A stretch of 50,342 nt of DNA from Bacteroidales bacterium (GTDB lineage: Bacteria > Bacteroidota > Bacteroidia > Bacteroidales > UBA932). The notes beneath the pieces are model-generated. The model worked only from the letters and a program-made list of their open reading frames with translations. It did no database searches and had not been told where the DNA came from. The position numbers and the translations under genes are program-made. The DNA lies in assembly GCA_024689985.1 (NCBI GenBank), contig JAILCZ010000152.1:1-50342 (forward strand), read 5' to 3'. Positions 9,239-19,569 of the stretch are shown piece after piece (position 1 is the stretch's first letter; each line of letters opens with the position of its first letter).

Positions 9239-9690
9239 TAAATTTGGAAATCGCAAGCCCATAGCCCGCGAAGGCCAAGCAGAGGTGCTATTTTTTGGCG
9301 GACGATGGTTTGCGGCAGACGAAGGCCACGCAAAGGTGCCTATTTTTGGCGGACAGCGGCTGGCGACTGACGAAGGCCACGCAGAGGCGCCAAAATTTGG
9401 AAATCACACGCCCGCAGCCCGCGAAGGCCAACCAAAGCCCCCGATTTTTGGCGGACGATGGTTTGCGGCAGACGAATGCCACGCAGAGGTGCCTATTTTT
9501 GGCGGACAGCGGCTGGCGACTGACGAAGGCCACGCAGAGGCGCCAAAATTTGGAAATCGCAAGCCCATAGCCCGCGAAGGCCACGCAGAGGCGCCTATTT
9601 TTGGCGGACAACGGCTGGCGACTGACGAAGGCCAAGCAGAGACGCCTATTTTTGGCGGACAGCGGCTGGCGACTGACGAAGGCCAAGCAA
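9239..9690. repeat. Tandem array of nine 51-bp units, three variants in order A-B-C-A-B-C-A-C-C
   Basis: The anchor CGAA(G/T)GCCA recurs at 9269, 9320, 9371, 9422, 9473, 9524, 9575, 9626 and 9677 (exact 51-nt period). Confidence 0.95.
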
Positions 9691-9847
9691 GGCGGCCATT
9701 TGATGGAAAGTGCAGGCGGGAGGCAACGGGCTGCCAGGCAGAATGGCTGTTATTTGGAGAGAGGAGGAGGTGGGATGGAGGAAAAAGAAAAAGGACCGAG
9801 GAAAACCTCGGCCCTGATTATTGGGATGTATTCGAATTCGTATACGA

Positions 9848-12800
9848 TTAGAATGTAAGTCTGAGTCCGAACTGCAGTCTCCAACGTGAATAGAAGTCAC
9901 TGTAAGTAAGCTCGTTGCCGAGGTACTTGTAGGTTGGAGTGTAGTTGCCGTCGGTACCCTGTGTCATTGCTGTGACTGAGAGGATCTGGCGGTTGTATGC
10001 TGATGCATAGTACATACCCCAGCTTCTGTTGAGAAGGTTGGAAGCGTTGAGGAGGTCTACGATGAACTGAACCTTGCGGCCCTTAGCCTTGTCGTAGATG
10101 AAGTCCTGGGTGAAGTGTACGTCGAAGTGATTCTCGAATGGAGCGATTCCGGCGTAGCGCTCTGACCACTGTCCGCGATGTGAGCTGAGGTAGTCGTCAC
10201 CCTGGATGAGAGCCTCGAACTGAGCTGCTGACTCTGTGTCTGCCCAGGTCATAAGGGCGATCTCGTCCTGTGTAGGGATGTACATAACTGAGTTGCCGTA
10301 CTGACCGTCACCGTTGAAGTCCTTGGACTCCTTCATAGTGTAGCAGAATCTCTGGCCGCTCTCTCCGGTGTATGTCACGCTGATTGATGATGACATAAAG
10401 CCGAGGTAAACAGGTGTGGTGTATGAAACGACTGCCTGAACCTTGTGAGGATGGTCGAAGAGTGAGTATGAAAGCTCCTCTGCGTTGGTGTCGAGTGAGT
10501 AGTTGTACTTCCAGTTAGAGTATGCGACTGATGATGTACCGTCGTTGACTGAGTATGAGTGTCCGAAGGTGTATGATGCCATCAAGTCGAGACCGAATGG
10601 GAATGACTTCTCAATCTTGCCAGAAAGGTTGTATGAATAACCCTTGTTGGTGTTGCCGAGGGCTACGATTGCAGAGTAGTCGCCGCTTGATACTGAATAG
10701 TAAGGAGCTGTCGCATCAACATCTGAACTTACAGCGTATGTCTTTGCTGACTTTGAGACAGCAAGGTTGTTGAAGAATACGTTGTTGAGAGTCTTTGAGA
10801 AGAGGCCTTCAGCCGTGAACTTCCAGCCGTCGAAGAGTTCCTTCTCGAAGGCGAGGTCGGCACGGAGTACCTGTGGGTACTTGAAGTCGTCGCTGAGTGT
10901 GTTGATGGTTGCGCCTGAACCTGAAGCAGAGAATACGCCAGCGAGTACGATGTCGTTGTAAGGATCGCTGGTAAGAGGAATGCTGCCAGGGTTCTTCTTT
11001 GAGATTGACTTAGACTCCATACCGGTGTTGTTGTATGCGTTTGAAAGCCAAACGAAAGGAACACGGCCGGTGAAGAGACCTACACCTCCACGGAGGAGAG
11101 TCTTGTGAGTGTCGTCAGTGAACCAACGGAAACCTACGCGTGGTGACCAGAGCGGTGTCTTCTTAGGAACGACGCCTACATACTGGTTGTTTGCTGTTGC
11201 AAATGTAGTTTCGTTGAACGTAGGGTTCTTAGTAGGCTTGTTGAGAAGCATAGGGATGTCCATACGGAGACCGTATGTGAGAGTGAAGTTCGTGTTAGGC
11301 TTCCACTCGTCCTGTGCGTAGAGACCGATCTGTGCAGCTCTTGTGGTAGCAGCCCAGCGGGTGTCGCCGCCTGTGAGCTCAGGATCTGAATATCTATAAT
11401 TGAACTGCTTGATCGTATCGTTGAAGAAATCGTTTATGGAATTGTATGTATATCCACCGTAAACGTACTGGAGGAACAGATTCTTGAAGCTGTAGATCTC
11501 ATTGTGAGTACCGAAGGTGATCTCGTGATTTCCCTTGTACCAAGAGAAGTTGTCCGTGATGGTAAAGGTATTGGAATCCATAGAGTTGGCACCTGAAGAA
11601 TACTCAGTACCGAGGTCGATGGCCACATTGTCCTGGATATATATATTTGCACCGTTGTATGGGCAGTCACGCTTGTCGCGGACGAGGACTGCAGATGCAC
11701 GGAACATATTTGACATCTCATCATTGATCTGGCTGTTGAGCTCGGCTACGAAAGTATTCGTAGTGTTTGACATCTTGTATGATGAGTTGTTGAAGTAATA
11801 TGTGTAAGCGCCTGAACCGTACTTGTCAGCATAAGCGTCAGCAAGCTGATAACGGAACATAAGCTTGTTGGTCTTGTTGATGTTCCAGTCGAGACGGGCA
11901 AGAGCGTTGATAGAACGGTCCTTGGCCTTGTGCTCGCCGTAAGACTCACCTGTGTTGCTTACGCCGTAGGTCTCCTCGTACTTCTGAATCATCGCAGCAG
12001 CCATAGCCTCGTTGAAGACGTTACCATAGCTTACACCGTTCCATACAACTTCCTCGCTGAGAGTCTTGGCATCGTAAGAGCCGTTTGAAGGAGAGTAAAC
12101 ATTAGGAACTTCCTTCTTGTAATACTCACCGCTGACGAAGAGGAAGAGCTTGTTCTTGATGATCGGGCCACCTGCCGTGAAACCATAGGTGTTGATAGCC
12201 TCGTCAGAATACTTTGTGCGGTTTTCAACATCCTTGCCGGCTGTAGTACCGATGAAGTTCTCATTGAGGAAATAGGTATAAGCAGAACCCTTGTACTCGT
12301 TTGTACCAGCCTTGGTGATGGCATTGATAGCACCACCCGTGAAGCCGGACTGACGGACATCGAACGGAGCGATTACCACCTGGATTTCCTCGATTGCATC
12401 GAGAGAGAAAGGATTGGCGCCCGTAAGTCCACCATTGGTACCTGAGCTTGAAAGACCGAAGGTGTCGTTAGCGACAGCACCGTCAATCTGAATACTGTTG
12501 TAGCGGTTGTTTGCGCCACCGAAAGAAATACCACCAGACTTGTTGATAGAAGCAAGCGGAGTGTACTTGACTACGTCATTGACACTTCTGTCAATCATAG
12601 GAGTACTTTCAATCGATGCCCTGCTCCAGCTTGTACCTGCACCTGTCTGGTTAGCGTTGAAACTCTTCTCCGCAACGACCGTAACAGCGTCGAGTTCGTT
12701 TGAAGAAGTCATAACAGTATTGAGCTCAAAAGCTTCACCGAGCTTGAGCACAACGTCGTTGTACTGCACAGTGTTCATTCCGATGAAGGAAACCTCAACC

Positions 12801-13039
12801 TTGTAAGGACCTCCTGAACGCATACCATTGATGACGAAACGGCCATCAACGTTAGCTGAAGAATAATACTGTGTACCTGAAGGAGTGTGAATCGCGATGA
12901 CGGCTGCACCAGCGAGGGCTTCACCGTTGTCATCAGTGATTCTACCATTTAGACTTGATGTTGTCACCTGGCCAAAGGCTACAACACTTGCAAAAATTGC
13001 TGCGATTACGAGCAAAATCCGCCTAATTGATTGACGCAT
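9848..13039 (-). CDS. Oar-like TonB-dependent receptor with N-terminal carboxypeptidase-regulatory-like domain
   Basis: Start reassigned to MRQSIRR (13039); signal peptide; plug motifs IDGAVAND, APFDVRQSGFTGGAINAITK; C-terminal QFGLRLTF. No susD neighbour. Confidence 0.9.
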   Translation of the reverse strand: MRQSIRRILLVIAAIFASVVAFGQVTTSSLNGRITDDNGEALAGAAVIAIHTPSGTQYYSSANVDGRFVINGMRSGGPYKVEVSFIGMNTVQYNDVVLKLGEAFELNTVMTSSNELDAVTVVAEKSFNANQTGAGTSWSRASIESTPMIDRSVNDVVKYTPLASINKSGGISFGGANNRYNSIQIDGAVANDTFGLSSSGTNGGLTGANPFSLDAIEEIQVVIAPFDVRQSGFTGGAINAITKAGTNEYKGSAYTYFLNENFIGTTAGKDVENRTKYSDEAINTYGFTAGGPIIKNKLFLFVSGEYYKKEVPNVYSPSNGSYDAKTLSEEVVWNGVSYGNVFNEAMAAAMIQKYEETYGVSNTGESYGEHKAKDRSINALARLDWNINKTNKLMFRYQLADAYADKYGSGAYTYYFNNSSYKMSNTTNTFVAELNSQINDEMSNMFRASAVLVRDKRDCPYNGANIYIQDNVAIDLGTEYSSGANSMDSNTFTITDNFSWYKGNHEITFGTHNEIYSFKNLFLQYVYGGYTYNSINDFFNDTIKQFNYRYSDPELTGGDTRWAATTRAAQIGLYAQDEWKPNTNFTLTYGLRMDIPMLLNKPTKNPTFNETTFATANNQYVGVVPKKTPLWSPRVGFRWFTDDTHKTLLRGGVGLFTGRVPFVWLSNAYNNTGMESKSISKKNPGSIPLTSDPYNDIVLAGVFSASGSGATINTLSDDFKYPQVLRADLAFEKELFDGWKFTAEGLFSKTLNNVFFNNLAVSKSAKTYAVSSDVDATAPYYSVSSGDYSAIVALGNTNKGYSYNLSGKIEKSFPFGLDLMASYTFGHSYSVNDGTSSVAYSNWKYNYSLDTNAEELSYSLFDHPHKVQAVVSYTTPVYLGFMSSSISVTYTGESGQRFCYTMKESKDFNGDGQYGNSVMYIPTQDEIALMTWADTESAAQFEALIQGDDYLSSHRGQWSERYAGIAPFENHFDVHFTQDFIYDKAKGRKVQFIVDLLNASNLLNRSWGMYYASAYNRQILSVTAMTQGTDGNYTPTYKYLGNELTYSDFYSRWRLQFGLRLTF

Positions 13040-13111
13040 AAATATTTTAAGAAAATTAAAGTATTTCTGATGTGCGAAGTTAATTAATTTTTTAAAAAAC
13101 TGAAATGTTTG

Positions 13112-13142
13112 TTTGCATATTAATACAATATCCGTATCTTTG
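13112..13142 (+). promoter_or_regulatory. metK promoter
   Basis: TTTG (13112-13115), 19-nt spacer, TATCTTTG (13135-13142). Confidence 0.75.
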
Positions 13143-13151
13143 CAGCACGAA

Positions 13152-13198
13152 ATGTGGACAGATTTGATTGCTTGCAACCACGTGAAAAAATGCTAAAA
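13152..13198 (+). ncRNA. SAM-II-class riboswitch aptamer in the metK leader
   Basis: P1 AUGUGG (13152-57)/CCACGU (13178-83), loop GAUUUG...UUGC, 3' GCUAAAA. These are SAM-II hallmarks, placed just after the promoter of SAM synthetase. Confidence 0.8.
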
Positions 13199-13225
13199 TT
13201 CATATTTGTGTTTTGTGTTTTTCGT

Positions 13226-13258
13226 TGGCTCCGCATTTCTGTCGGGGCTATTTTTTTT
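13226..13258 (+). terminator. Intrinsic terminator in the metK leader (probable riboswitch expression platform)
   Basis: UGGCUCCG/CGGGGCUA stem followed by 8 U, about 73 nt upstream of the metK ATG. Confidence 0.75.
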
Positions 13259-13331
13259 GCCCCAATGTCCTCAGGACCATTTCCTTGGGCAATTTATAAA
13301 GATTATAAAGTAAAAACAAACATAAACAGAG

Positions 13332-14591
13332 ATGAACTATCTTTTCACATCAGAATCAGTCTCAGAAGGACATCCTGACAAAGTCGCAGACCAGATCAGC
13401 GACACAGTACTGGACAACCTCCTCGCCTGGGACCCACAGAGCAAGGTAGCCTGTGAGACCCTCGTGACGACGGGCCAGGTAGTGCTTGCCGGAGAAATCA
13501 AGACGACAGCAGACGTAGAACTCCGCGATGCAGTCCGCGAAACCATCAAGAAAATTGGTTATACCAAATCAGAATACAAATTCGACAGCGAAAGCTGCGG
13601 AATCCTCTCAGCCCTCCACGCACAGAGCCCGGACATCAACCGTGGCGTAGAGCGTGAGAACCCACAGGAGCAGGGAGCAGGAGACCAGGGAATGATGTTC
13701 GGATACGCGACAAACGAGACACATAACAGAATGCCTCTCACACTCGAGCTCAGCCACCTCCTCCTCATCGAACTCGCAAAGATCCGCAGGGAGAAGAACT
13801 CCCCGATGCCATACCTCCGTCCTGACGCAAAGAGCCAGGTGACGGTAGAATACGACGGAGACACGGACAAGCCAGTACGCGTCCACACCATCGTCATCTC
13901 CACCCAGCACGACGAATTCGCAAGCGACGAGAAGATGCTCGCAAAAATCCGCAAGGACGTGAAGGAAATCCTCATCCCGCGCCTCATCAAGCGCCTCAAC
14001 AAGGCAGAAAAGGCCCTCTTCGACGACAACTTCATCCTCCTCGTGAACCCAACGGGCAAATTCGTGATCGGAGGCCCTCACGGAGACACCGGACTGACCG
14101 GCCGCAAGATCATCGTGGACACATACGGCGGACACGGAGCGCACGGCGGCGGAGCATTCTCAGGGAAGGACCCGTCAAAGGTTGACAGAAGCGCAGCATA
14201 CGCAGCACGTCACATCGCCAACAACCTCGTGGCTGCAGGAGTCGCTGACAGAGCCCTCGTACAGGTGGCATACGCCATCGGAGTGGCAAAGCCGGTCAGC
14301 CTCTTCGTCAACACCCACGGCACGGCCAAAGTAAAGATGACGGACGCCGAAATCTCGGCAAAAGTTGCGGAAATCTTCGATATGACGCCACGCGCCATCG
14401 AGGAAAGACTCAAGCTTCGCAACCCGATCTACACCGAGACAGCCTCATACGGCCACTTCGGCCGTCCAAGCAAGGTGGTCACCAAGACATTCACCAGCCG
14501 ACTCGGAGAGAAGAAGACTATGGAAGTAGAACTCTTCACCTGGGAGAAACTCGACTACGTAGACAAGGTAAAAAAGGCCTTCGGACTCTAG
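13332..14591 (+). CDS. metK: S-adenosylmethionine synthetase
   Basis: [42 protein letters not shown]. Confidence 0.98.
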   Translation: MNYLFTSESVSEGHPDKVADQISDTVLDNLLAWDPQSKVACETLVTTGQVVLAGEIKTTADVELRDAVRETIKKIGYTKSEYKFDSESCGILSALHAQSPDINRGVERENPQEQGAGDQGMMFGYATNETHNRMPLTLELSHLLLIELAKIRREKNSPMPYLRPDAKSQVTVEYDGDTDKPVRVHTIVISTQHDEFASDEKMLAKIRKDVKEILIPRLIKRLNKAEKALFDDNFILLVNPTGKFVIGGPHGDTGLTGRKIIVDTYGGHGAHGGGAFSGKDPSKVDRSAAYAARHIANNLVAAGVADRALVQVAYAIGVAKPVSLFVNTHGTAKVKMTDAEISAKVAEIFDMTPRAIEERLKLRNPIYTETASYGHFGRPSKVVTKTFTSRLGEKKTMEVELFTWEKLDYVDKVKKAFGL

Positions 14592-14613
14592 AATTTTGTA
14601 TCTTTAGGCCCTG

Positions 14614-15579
14614 ATGGGAAAGAAAAGGGAAATACAGTGCCCGCCTCCGGCAGAACTTCCGGCACCGGAAGAGATTGACGTCGAAGGCATTCTCCGGAGT
14701 TTCCTCTCCGGAGAAACGGACATAGTATGCGTACTCGGACCGACAGCGTCCGGAAAGACGCGCTATGCCGTAGCATTGGCCAGAAAATTCGCCGGCCTCG
14801 GAACAGAGGCGGAGATCATATCCGCCGACTCCCGCCAGGTTTATCGCGGGATGGACATCGGAACCGGAAAAGACCTCGTGGAATACGGCGAAATCCCCTA
14901 TCACCTGATAGACATTGTCCCGGCAGGGACAAGATACAGCCTCTACGACTACCAGAGAGACTTCGAAGAGGCATACAAGGACATCAGGGAAAGAGGCAGG
15001 CTGCCGATAATCTGCGGCGGAACGGGCCTCTACATACAGGCCGCCCTCAGCGGATTCTCCCTCCCGGAGATACCGCCTGACGAGGCCCTGCGCGAAAGCC
15101 TCGAGCAAGAAGACATCGAAGAACTCCGCGAGAAACTCCTGGAGCTCAGGCCGGTCACCGACCAGAGCATTCTCGAATCCAAGAGAAGGACGATCCGCGC
15201 CCTGGAAGTGGCCCTCTATGAAAACGAACATCCGGAAGTAAGGAGGGCGGACTATACGGAAAAGAAAGCCTACTACATAGGCACCCTCGTAAGCCGCGAG
15301 GACAGGACGGCCAGAATAGACCGCAGGCTGGAGGAAAGGCTGGCCGAAGGAATGGTAGAAGAGGTGAAGGGCCTGCTGGACGCAGGCGTAGACTCATCGG
15401 TACTGATGGGCTACGGCCTCGAATACAAATTCATCACCCAGTACATCCTCGGAATCAACTCCTATGAAGAGATGAAGACACTTCTGGGAACGGCGATCCA
15501 CCAGTTCGCAAAAAGGCAGATGACCTGGTTCCGCGGAATGGAGAGAAAAGGGGTCCGCATCCACTGGACCTTAGTGTAA
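14614..15579 (+). CDS. miaA: tRNA dimethylallyltransferase
   Basis: [42 protein letters not shown]. Confidence 0.95.
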   Translation: MGKKREIQCPPPAELPAPEEIDVEGILRSFLSGETDIVCVLGPTASGKTRYAVALARKFAGLGTEAEIISADSRQVYRGMDIGTGKDLVEYGEIPYHLIDIVPAGTRYSLYDYQRDFEEAYKDIRERGRLPIICGGTGLYIQAALSGFSLPEIPPDEALRESLEQEDIEELREKLLELRPVTDQSILESKRRTIRALEVALYENEHPEVRRADYTEKKAYYIGTLVSREDRTARIDRRLEERLAEGMVEEVKGLLDAGVDSSVLMGYGLEYKFITQYILGINSYEEMKTLLGTAIHQFAKRQMTWFRGMERKGVRIHWTLV

Positions 15580-15587
15580 GACACCTT

Positions 15588-16040
15588 ATGAAAAAGAAAG
15601 AACATAACATAGAGATAAGCAACAGAAGGGCCTCGTTCGACTTCGAGTTCCTTGAGACCTATCAGGCCGGAATCGTCCTGGTGGGCACTGAAATCAAGTC
15701 GATCCGTTCCGGAAAGGTCTCTTTTCAGGATGCATTCTGCTATTTCAACAACGGAGAACTCTATGTCAAGGGCGTGAACATCGCCAAATACTTCTGGGGT
15801 TCCTGGGGTCAGCACGAGCCTACGCGCGACCGCAAACTCCTTCTCAATAAAAAAGAACTCCGCTCGCTGGAACAAGCCGTAAAACAAAAAGGCCTCACGA
15901 TTGCAGTCGTGAAGCTATTCGTAAACGATGAAGGTCTTGCAAAACTTGTCATAGCCCTTGCAAAGGGTAAGAAAGAATTCGACAAGCGCAACACCATCAA
16001 GGAAAACGACATCAGGCGCGAGATGGAGCGCGGAGAGTAA
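15588..16040 (+). CDS. smpB: SsrA-binding protein
   Basis: [36 protein letters not shown]. Confidence 0.97.
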   Translation: MKKKEHNIEISNRRASFDFEFLETYQAGIVLVGTEIKSIRSGKVSFQDAFCYFNNGELYVKGVNIAKYFWGSWGQHEPTRDRKLLLNKKELRSLEQAVKQKGLTIAVVKLFVNDEGLAKLVIALAKGKKEFDKRNTIKENDIRREMERGE

Positions 16041-16824
16041 TCTTCGTCGGTCCCTCGATTTCCAGCCAGTAATCCTTGTCAAACTCAGGATAAATGAACT
16101 TGCCCTCCTTGTCTATTACGAAAGACAGGTAGGTAATCTTGTATCCCTGCTCCAGGAACTTCTTCTCATAATAAGTCTGTACCTCATAGAGGGCAGGGCT
16201 GAAATCAGCCGAACGCTCACCTGAATACAGGTCTTCAGTGCAGCCCAGAATCTTCAGGCCGTTCTGCTCGGCAATAGCCTTTGAATACTGATGGAGGAAC
16301 ATAGAATCCGTCTTGAGATGGACAATACCACCCGGGCGGAGGATATTCCTGAACCTCTCCAGGAAAAGCGGGCTCGTAAGACGGCAGTTCTCGCTCTTGA
16401 CCTGAGGGTCGGAGAAAGTGAGCCAGATTTCCGAAACCTCTCCAGGAGCAAAGAAAGCCTCGATGAATTCCACCCTGGTACGGAGGAAGGCCACATTCGG
16501 AAGGCTATTCAGTTCAGCCTCCTTGGCACCCTTCCAGAGACGGGCGCCCTTGATGTCCACGCCTATATAATTACACTCAGGATTCCTGCGGCTGAGGTCG
16601 ATGGTGTACTCCCCCTTTCCGCAGCCCAGTTCGAGAACGATTGGCTGAGGTTTTGCGAACATCCTTTCATTCCAGTGACCTTTGATATCGTGGTCCTTCA
16701 GTTTGAGACCCTCGGGGCCCGCGCCCTGACCCTTCTCACGGTCCAGAACCTCGGAAGCATCCGGCTGCAGAAGGCAGCGGAAAGTCTCATTTTCCCTGAA
16801 TTTTCTCAGTTTATCGTGTCCCAT
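16012..16824 (-). CDS. trmB: tRNA (guanine-N7) methyltransferase
   Basis: [34 protein letters not shown]; 3' end overlaps smpB by 29 nt. Confidence 0.93.
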   Translation of the reverse strand: MGHDKLRKFRENETFRCLLQPDASEVLDREKGQGAGPEGLKLKDHDIKGHWNERMFAKPQPIVLELGCGKGEYTIDLSRRNPECNYIGVDIKGARLWKGAKEAELNSLPNVAFLRTRVEFIEAFFAPGEVSEIWLTFSDPQVKSENCRLTSPLFLERFRNILRPGGIVHLKTDSMFLHQYSKAIAEQNGLKILGCTEDLYSGERSADFSPALYEVQTYYEKKFLEQGYKITYLSFVIDKEGKFIYPEFDKDYWLEIEGPTKITLRAPSRA

Positions 16825-16839
16825 AACAGGTATAGATGT

Positions 16840-17289
16840 TTATTTCTTGGTTACTACAAGGCCGAGTCCGCGGATGCAGGAAGACTGCCTGCTGACCGGT
16901 ATGTTGATCTCAATGGTCCAGATGCCGGCCTCCTTCGGAGCGACACCGTACCTGTAAGCCCTCTTGTAATGATATGAATTGAATGATTTCCTGACGAAAG
17001 CGGAGTCAGGAAGAGTAAAAGTCTCTGAAAAAACCTGCTGTGAAGGCGAAATCCACCGAGTGTAGGCCTGGATATCAGACCAGGAATCCTTGTCTCCCTT
17101 CCTTACATCGGCTATCGTATAGAGGTCGAGGTCATAGAGGGTAAGAGAATCCGACATATCCACGGTGAAGACATACTTTCCAGGCACCTCAGTGTCGGAG
17201 GCCTTCACAAAGGTCTCCCTGGAAGAAGGATTGCTGCAGGAAAGAACCAGCAGCATCCCCAGAAGGAGTGCCTTAAGACTGTTTCGCAT
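16840..17289 (-). CDS. gldH: GldH-like lipoprotein
   Basis: Start reassigned to MRNSLKALLLGMLLVLSC (lipobox); C-terminal IRGLGLVV; occupies the usual holB-ricT-gldH position. Confidence 0.65.
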   Translation of the reverse strand: MRNSLKALLLGMLLVLSCSNPSSRETFVKASDTEVPGKYVFTVDMSDSLTLYDLDLYTIADVRKGDKDSWSDIQAYTRWISPSQQVFSETFTLPDSAFVRKSFNSYHYKRAYRYGVAPKEAGIWTIEINIPVSRQSSCIRGLGLVVTKK

Positions 17290-18460
17290 TGTTCTTAGGC
17301 TTGTTGCCGCCCTTTTTCTTATTGTTGCTGCGATTGTTGCGGTTGTTGTGCTTTGACTTCTTCTTCGGAGAATCGAAACGGGAAATGCTGTCGTCACCGA
17401 CTGCAGTAACGAATTCCGGAGCGTCAGGAAGAGTATCCTCCTTGAGAGAAGCAGGCTTGATGCCGTTGCGGTTCATCTTGATGATCTCGCGCACCTCACT
17501 GGCCGGGAGAGCATAGAGATTGGCAAGAGAACCCTTGTCATAAGAGAAATAAAGGGTCTCCTTGAGGATGTCGGTCTTCATAAGGAAGGCCTGACCATCC
17601 TGGAATTCAAGCGGTTCAGAAACCTTAGGGATTCTGGAGCGGGCATCAAGATAATTGGCCACCTCGTAATTGAGGCAGCACTTGAGCTTTCCGCACTGGC
17701 CGGCGAGCTTCTGCGGATTGAGCGACAGATCCTGGCTGCGGGCGGCAGCCGTCGTAATTGACTGGAAATTGGAAATATAGTTGGCGCAGCAGAGCTCCCT
17801 TCCGCAGACACCGAGACAGCCGATGAGACCGGCCTCCTGACGGGCACCGATCTGCTTCATCTCAATCCTGATGCGGAATTCCTCTGCAAACACCTTGATG
17901 AGCTGGCGGAAATCCACGCGGCCGTCGGCAATGTAATAGAAAATAGCCTTCGTTCCGTCACCCTGGAATTCGACATCTCCGATCTTCATCTCGAGACCCA
18001 TCTCAGTAGCGATGCGACGGGCCTGGATCATAGTCTCCTGCTCACGGGCAATGGCCTCCTGCCACTTCTCTATATCGAAATTCTTAGCCTTACGGTAGAT
18101 CTTCTTGAGAGGAGTTACCTTCGGATCGATGCCCTTCGCAGCCATCTGACGGCCGACGACCGGACCCTCGAGGGTCACGATGCCGAGGTCGTGTCCGCTG
18201 GCAGCCTCAACGATCACGAGGTCGCCAGTCTTGATGTTCTGACCGGAAGTATTGACATAAATACCCTTTCTGGTATTCTTGAAGCGGACCTCGAAGAGGT
18301 CTTTATACTGCTCCTGGCGCACGCCGGCAAGCCAGTTGTAATCCTTCAGCTTGCAGCAGCCGCTTCTGTAGGTCACATTGAGCTCTCCATTCTCGTCTCT
18401 TGACACCGTACAGCCTCGGTTGCAGTCAAATTGGGTATTTTCGTTATCTGTATAATCCAT
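17273..18460 (-). CDS. ricT: PSP1/YaaT (RicT) family Fe-S regulatory protein
   Basis: GRVDFRQLIK, GVCGRELCC, KLAGQCGKLKCCLNYE. Confidence 0.9.
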   Translation of the reverse strand: MDYTDNENTQFDCNRGCTVSRDENGELNVTYRSGCCKLKDYNWLAGVRQEQYKDLFEVRFKNTRKGIYVNTSGQNIKTGDLVIVEAASGHDLGIVTLEGPVVGRQMAAKGIDPKVTPLKKIYRKAKNFDIEKWQEAIAREQETMIQARRIATEMGLEMKIGDVEFQGDGTKAIFYYIADGRVDFRQLIKVFAEEFRIRIEMKQIGARQEAGLIGCLGVCGRELCCANYISNFQSITTAAARSQDLSLNPQKLAGQCGKLKCCLNYEVANYLDARSRIPKVSEPLEFQDGQAFLMKTDILKETLYFSYDKGSLANLYALPASEVREIIKMNRNGIKPASLKEDTLPDAPEFVTAVGDDSISRFDSPKKKSKHNNRNNRSNNKKKGGNKPKNNAKQS

Positions 18461-18477
18461 ATTAATTGTTTTCGGAG

Positions 18478-19569
18478 CTAGGCCAACAAATAAAGTTTGT
18501 TCACCATATCGCTGAACAGAACTTTCTGGTTGACATTCCTGTCAATAAGCATATGCGCGCGGTCGAAAAGCTGAACGGCACCTCGTGGGAAAGTCCTTCT
18601 CAAACGGGGCGAAACGCTCAGGAACCATTCTTTCTCTCCGCTCTGGAGAGAGACCAGTTCGGGCATATTCTGCTGAATGAAGAACACTTTCCTCAGACAG
18701 TCCTCAGCAAATTTACAAAAAGCTTTCTGTTTTTCACGCGTATCCAGGCCGGCCATCGCATCGGCCGCATCAAGAGCAGCCATAAGATCCTTCGAAATCA
18801 GGCCTTCGATGAGAGTCTTGAAAATGTTCATCCTCTCCTGGTCCACCTCCGGTGAAGAAAGACCGGCAAGGGCCACGCCCACGCTTCCACCCGAAGCCGC
18901 AGCAGCCTCAACGGCCTGGCTTTCAGGTATCTGCATTTCCTTCTGCAGCACATCTGAGACTTCCTCCTTAGAAAGAGGCATAAGCTTGATGCACTGACAA
19001 CGGGAAGTAATCGTCTGAAGCACCATATCAGGATTATGGGTAACCATCAAGAAGATGGTGTTCTCAGGCGGTTCCTCGAAACTTTTGAGAAGACTGTTCG
19101 CAGTCTCCCTCCTCATTTTCTCCGGGAGATAGATTACCACGGCCTTCCAGCCGCCTTCCACAGAAGAAAACGAGAGATTGGATATTATAGACCGGCCTTC
19201 CCTGATCGTAATGAAACCGGACTTTCCCTCAAGTCCGAGGGCGGCCTCGAGATCCCTCTCAAGGAAATAAGGATTCTTGGTCACAAGATCACGGAAATAA
19301 CCCAGGAACAGGTTACATTCCAGATTCTTGGCCTCTTCTTTTATCTTGCCGCCGGTAGCGATCGGAAAGGTGAAATGCACGTCGGGATGAACGACCTTGG
19401 CGACCTTCCTGGAATCCATCAGGGTCTCCAGGAAAGAAAGGGCGACCTGCATACCGCAGCCGCCGTCATTCTCATAAAACATCAGGGCGTGAGGAATCCT
19501 GCCGCTTGAAATCATTCCTTCAAGGGCATCCACTACCGCTTTGTTTCCAGTAATCTCGCTAAGTCTCAT
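18478..19569 (-). CDS. holB: DNA polymerase III delta-prime subunit
   Basis: GRIPHALMF, HPDVHF, ANSLLKSFEEPP, TITSRCQ. Confidence 0.9.
   Translation of the reverse strand: MRLSEITGNKAVVDALEGMISSGRIPHALMFYENDGGCGMQVALSFLETLMDSRKVAKVVHPDVHFTFPIATGGKIKEEAKNLECNLFLGYFRDLVTKNPYFLERDLEAALGLEGKSGFITIREGRSIISNLSFSSVEGGWKAVVIYLPEKMRRETANSLLKSFEEPPENTIFLMVTHNPDMVLQTITSRCQCIKLMPLSKEEVSDVLQKEMQIPESQAVEAAAASGGSVGVALAGLSSPEVDQERMNIFKTLIEGLISKDLMAALDAADAMAGLDTREKQKAFCKFAEDCLRKVFFIQQNMPELVSLQSGEKEWFLSVSPRLRRTFPRGAVQLFDRAHMLIDRNVNQKVLFSDMVNKLYLLA

Noticed and set aside
9239-9690. CRISPR array
   Set aside because: The variable parts recur (only three types) rather than being unique spacers; no cas genes or leader. 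The same applies to the 50055-50342 array.
9207-9900. Repeat-protein ORFs (214, 132, 91, 85, 84 aa)
   Set aside because: Mostly open because a stop-free 51-nt unit keeps several frames open on both strands; no protein-like features.
9848-13177. SusC/PUL and the longer 1109-aa start
   Set aside because: No susD or CAZymes adjacent; the extension would overlap the metK promoter and riboswitch, and the signal peptide starts at 13039.
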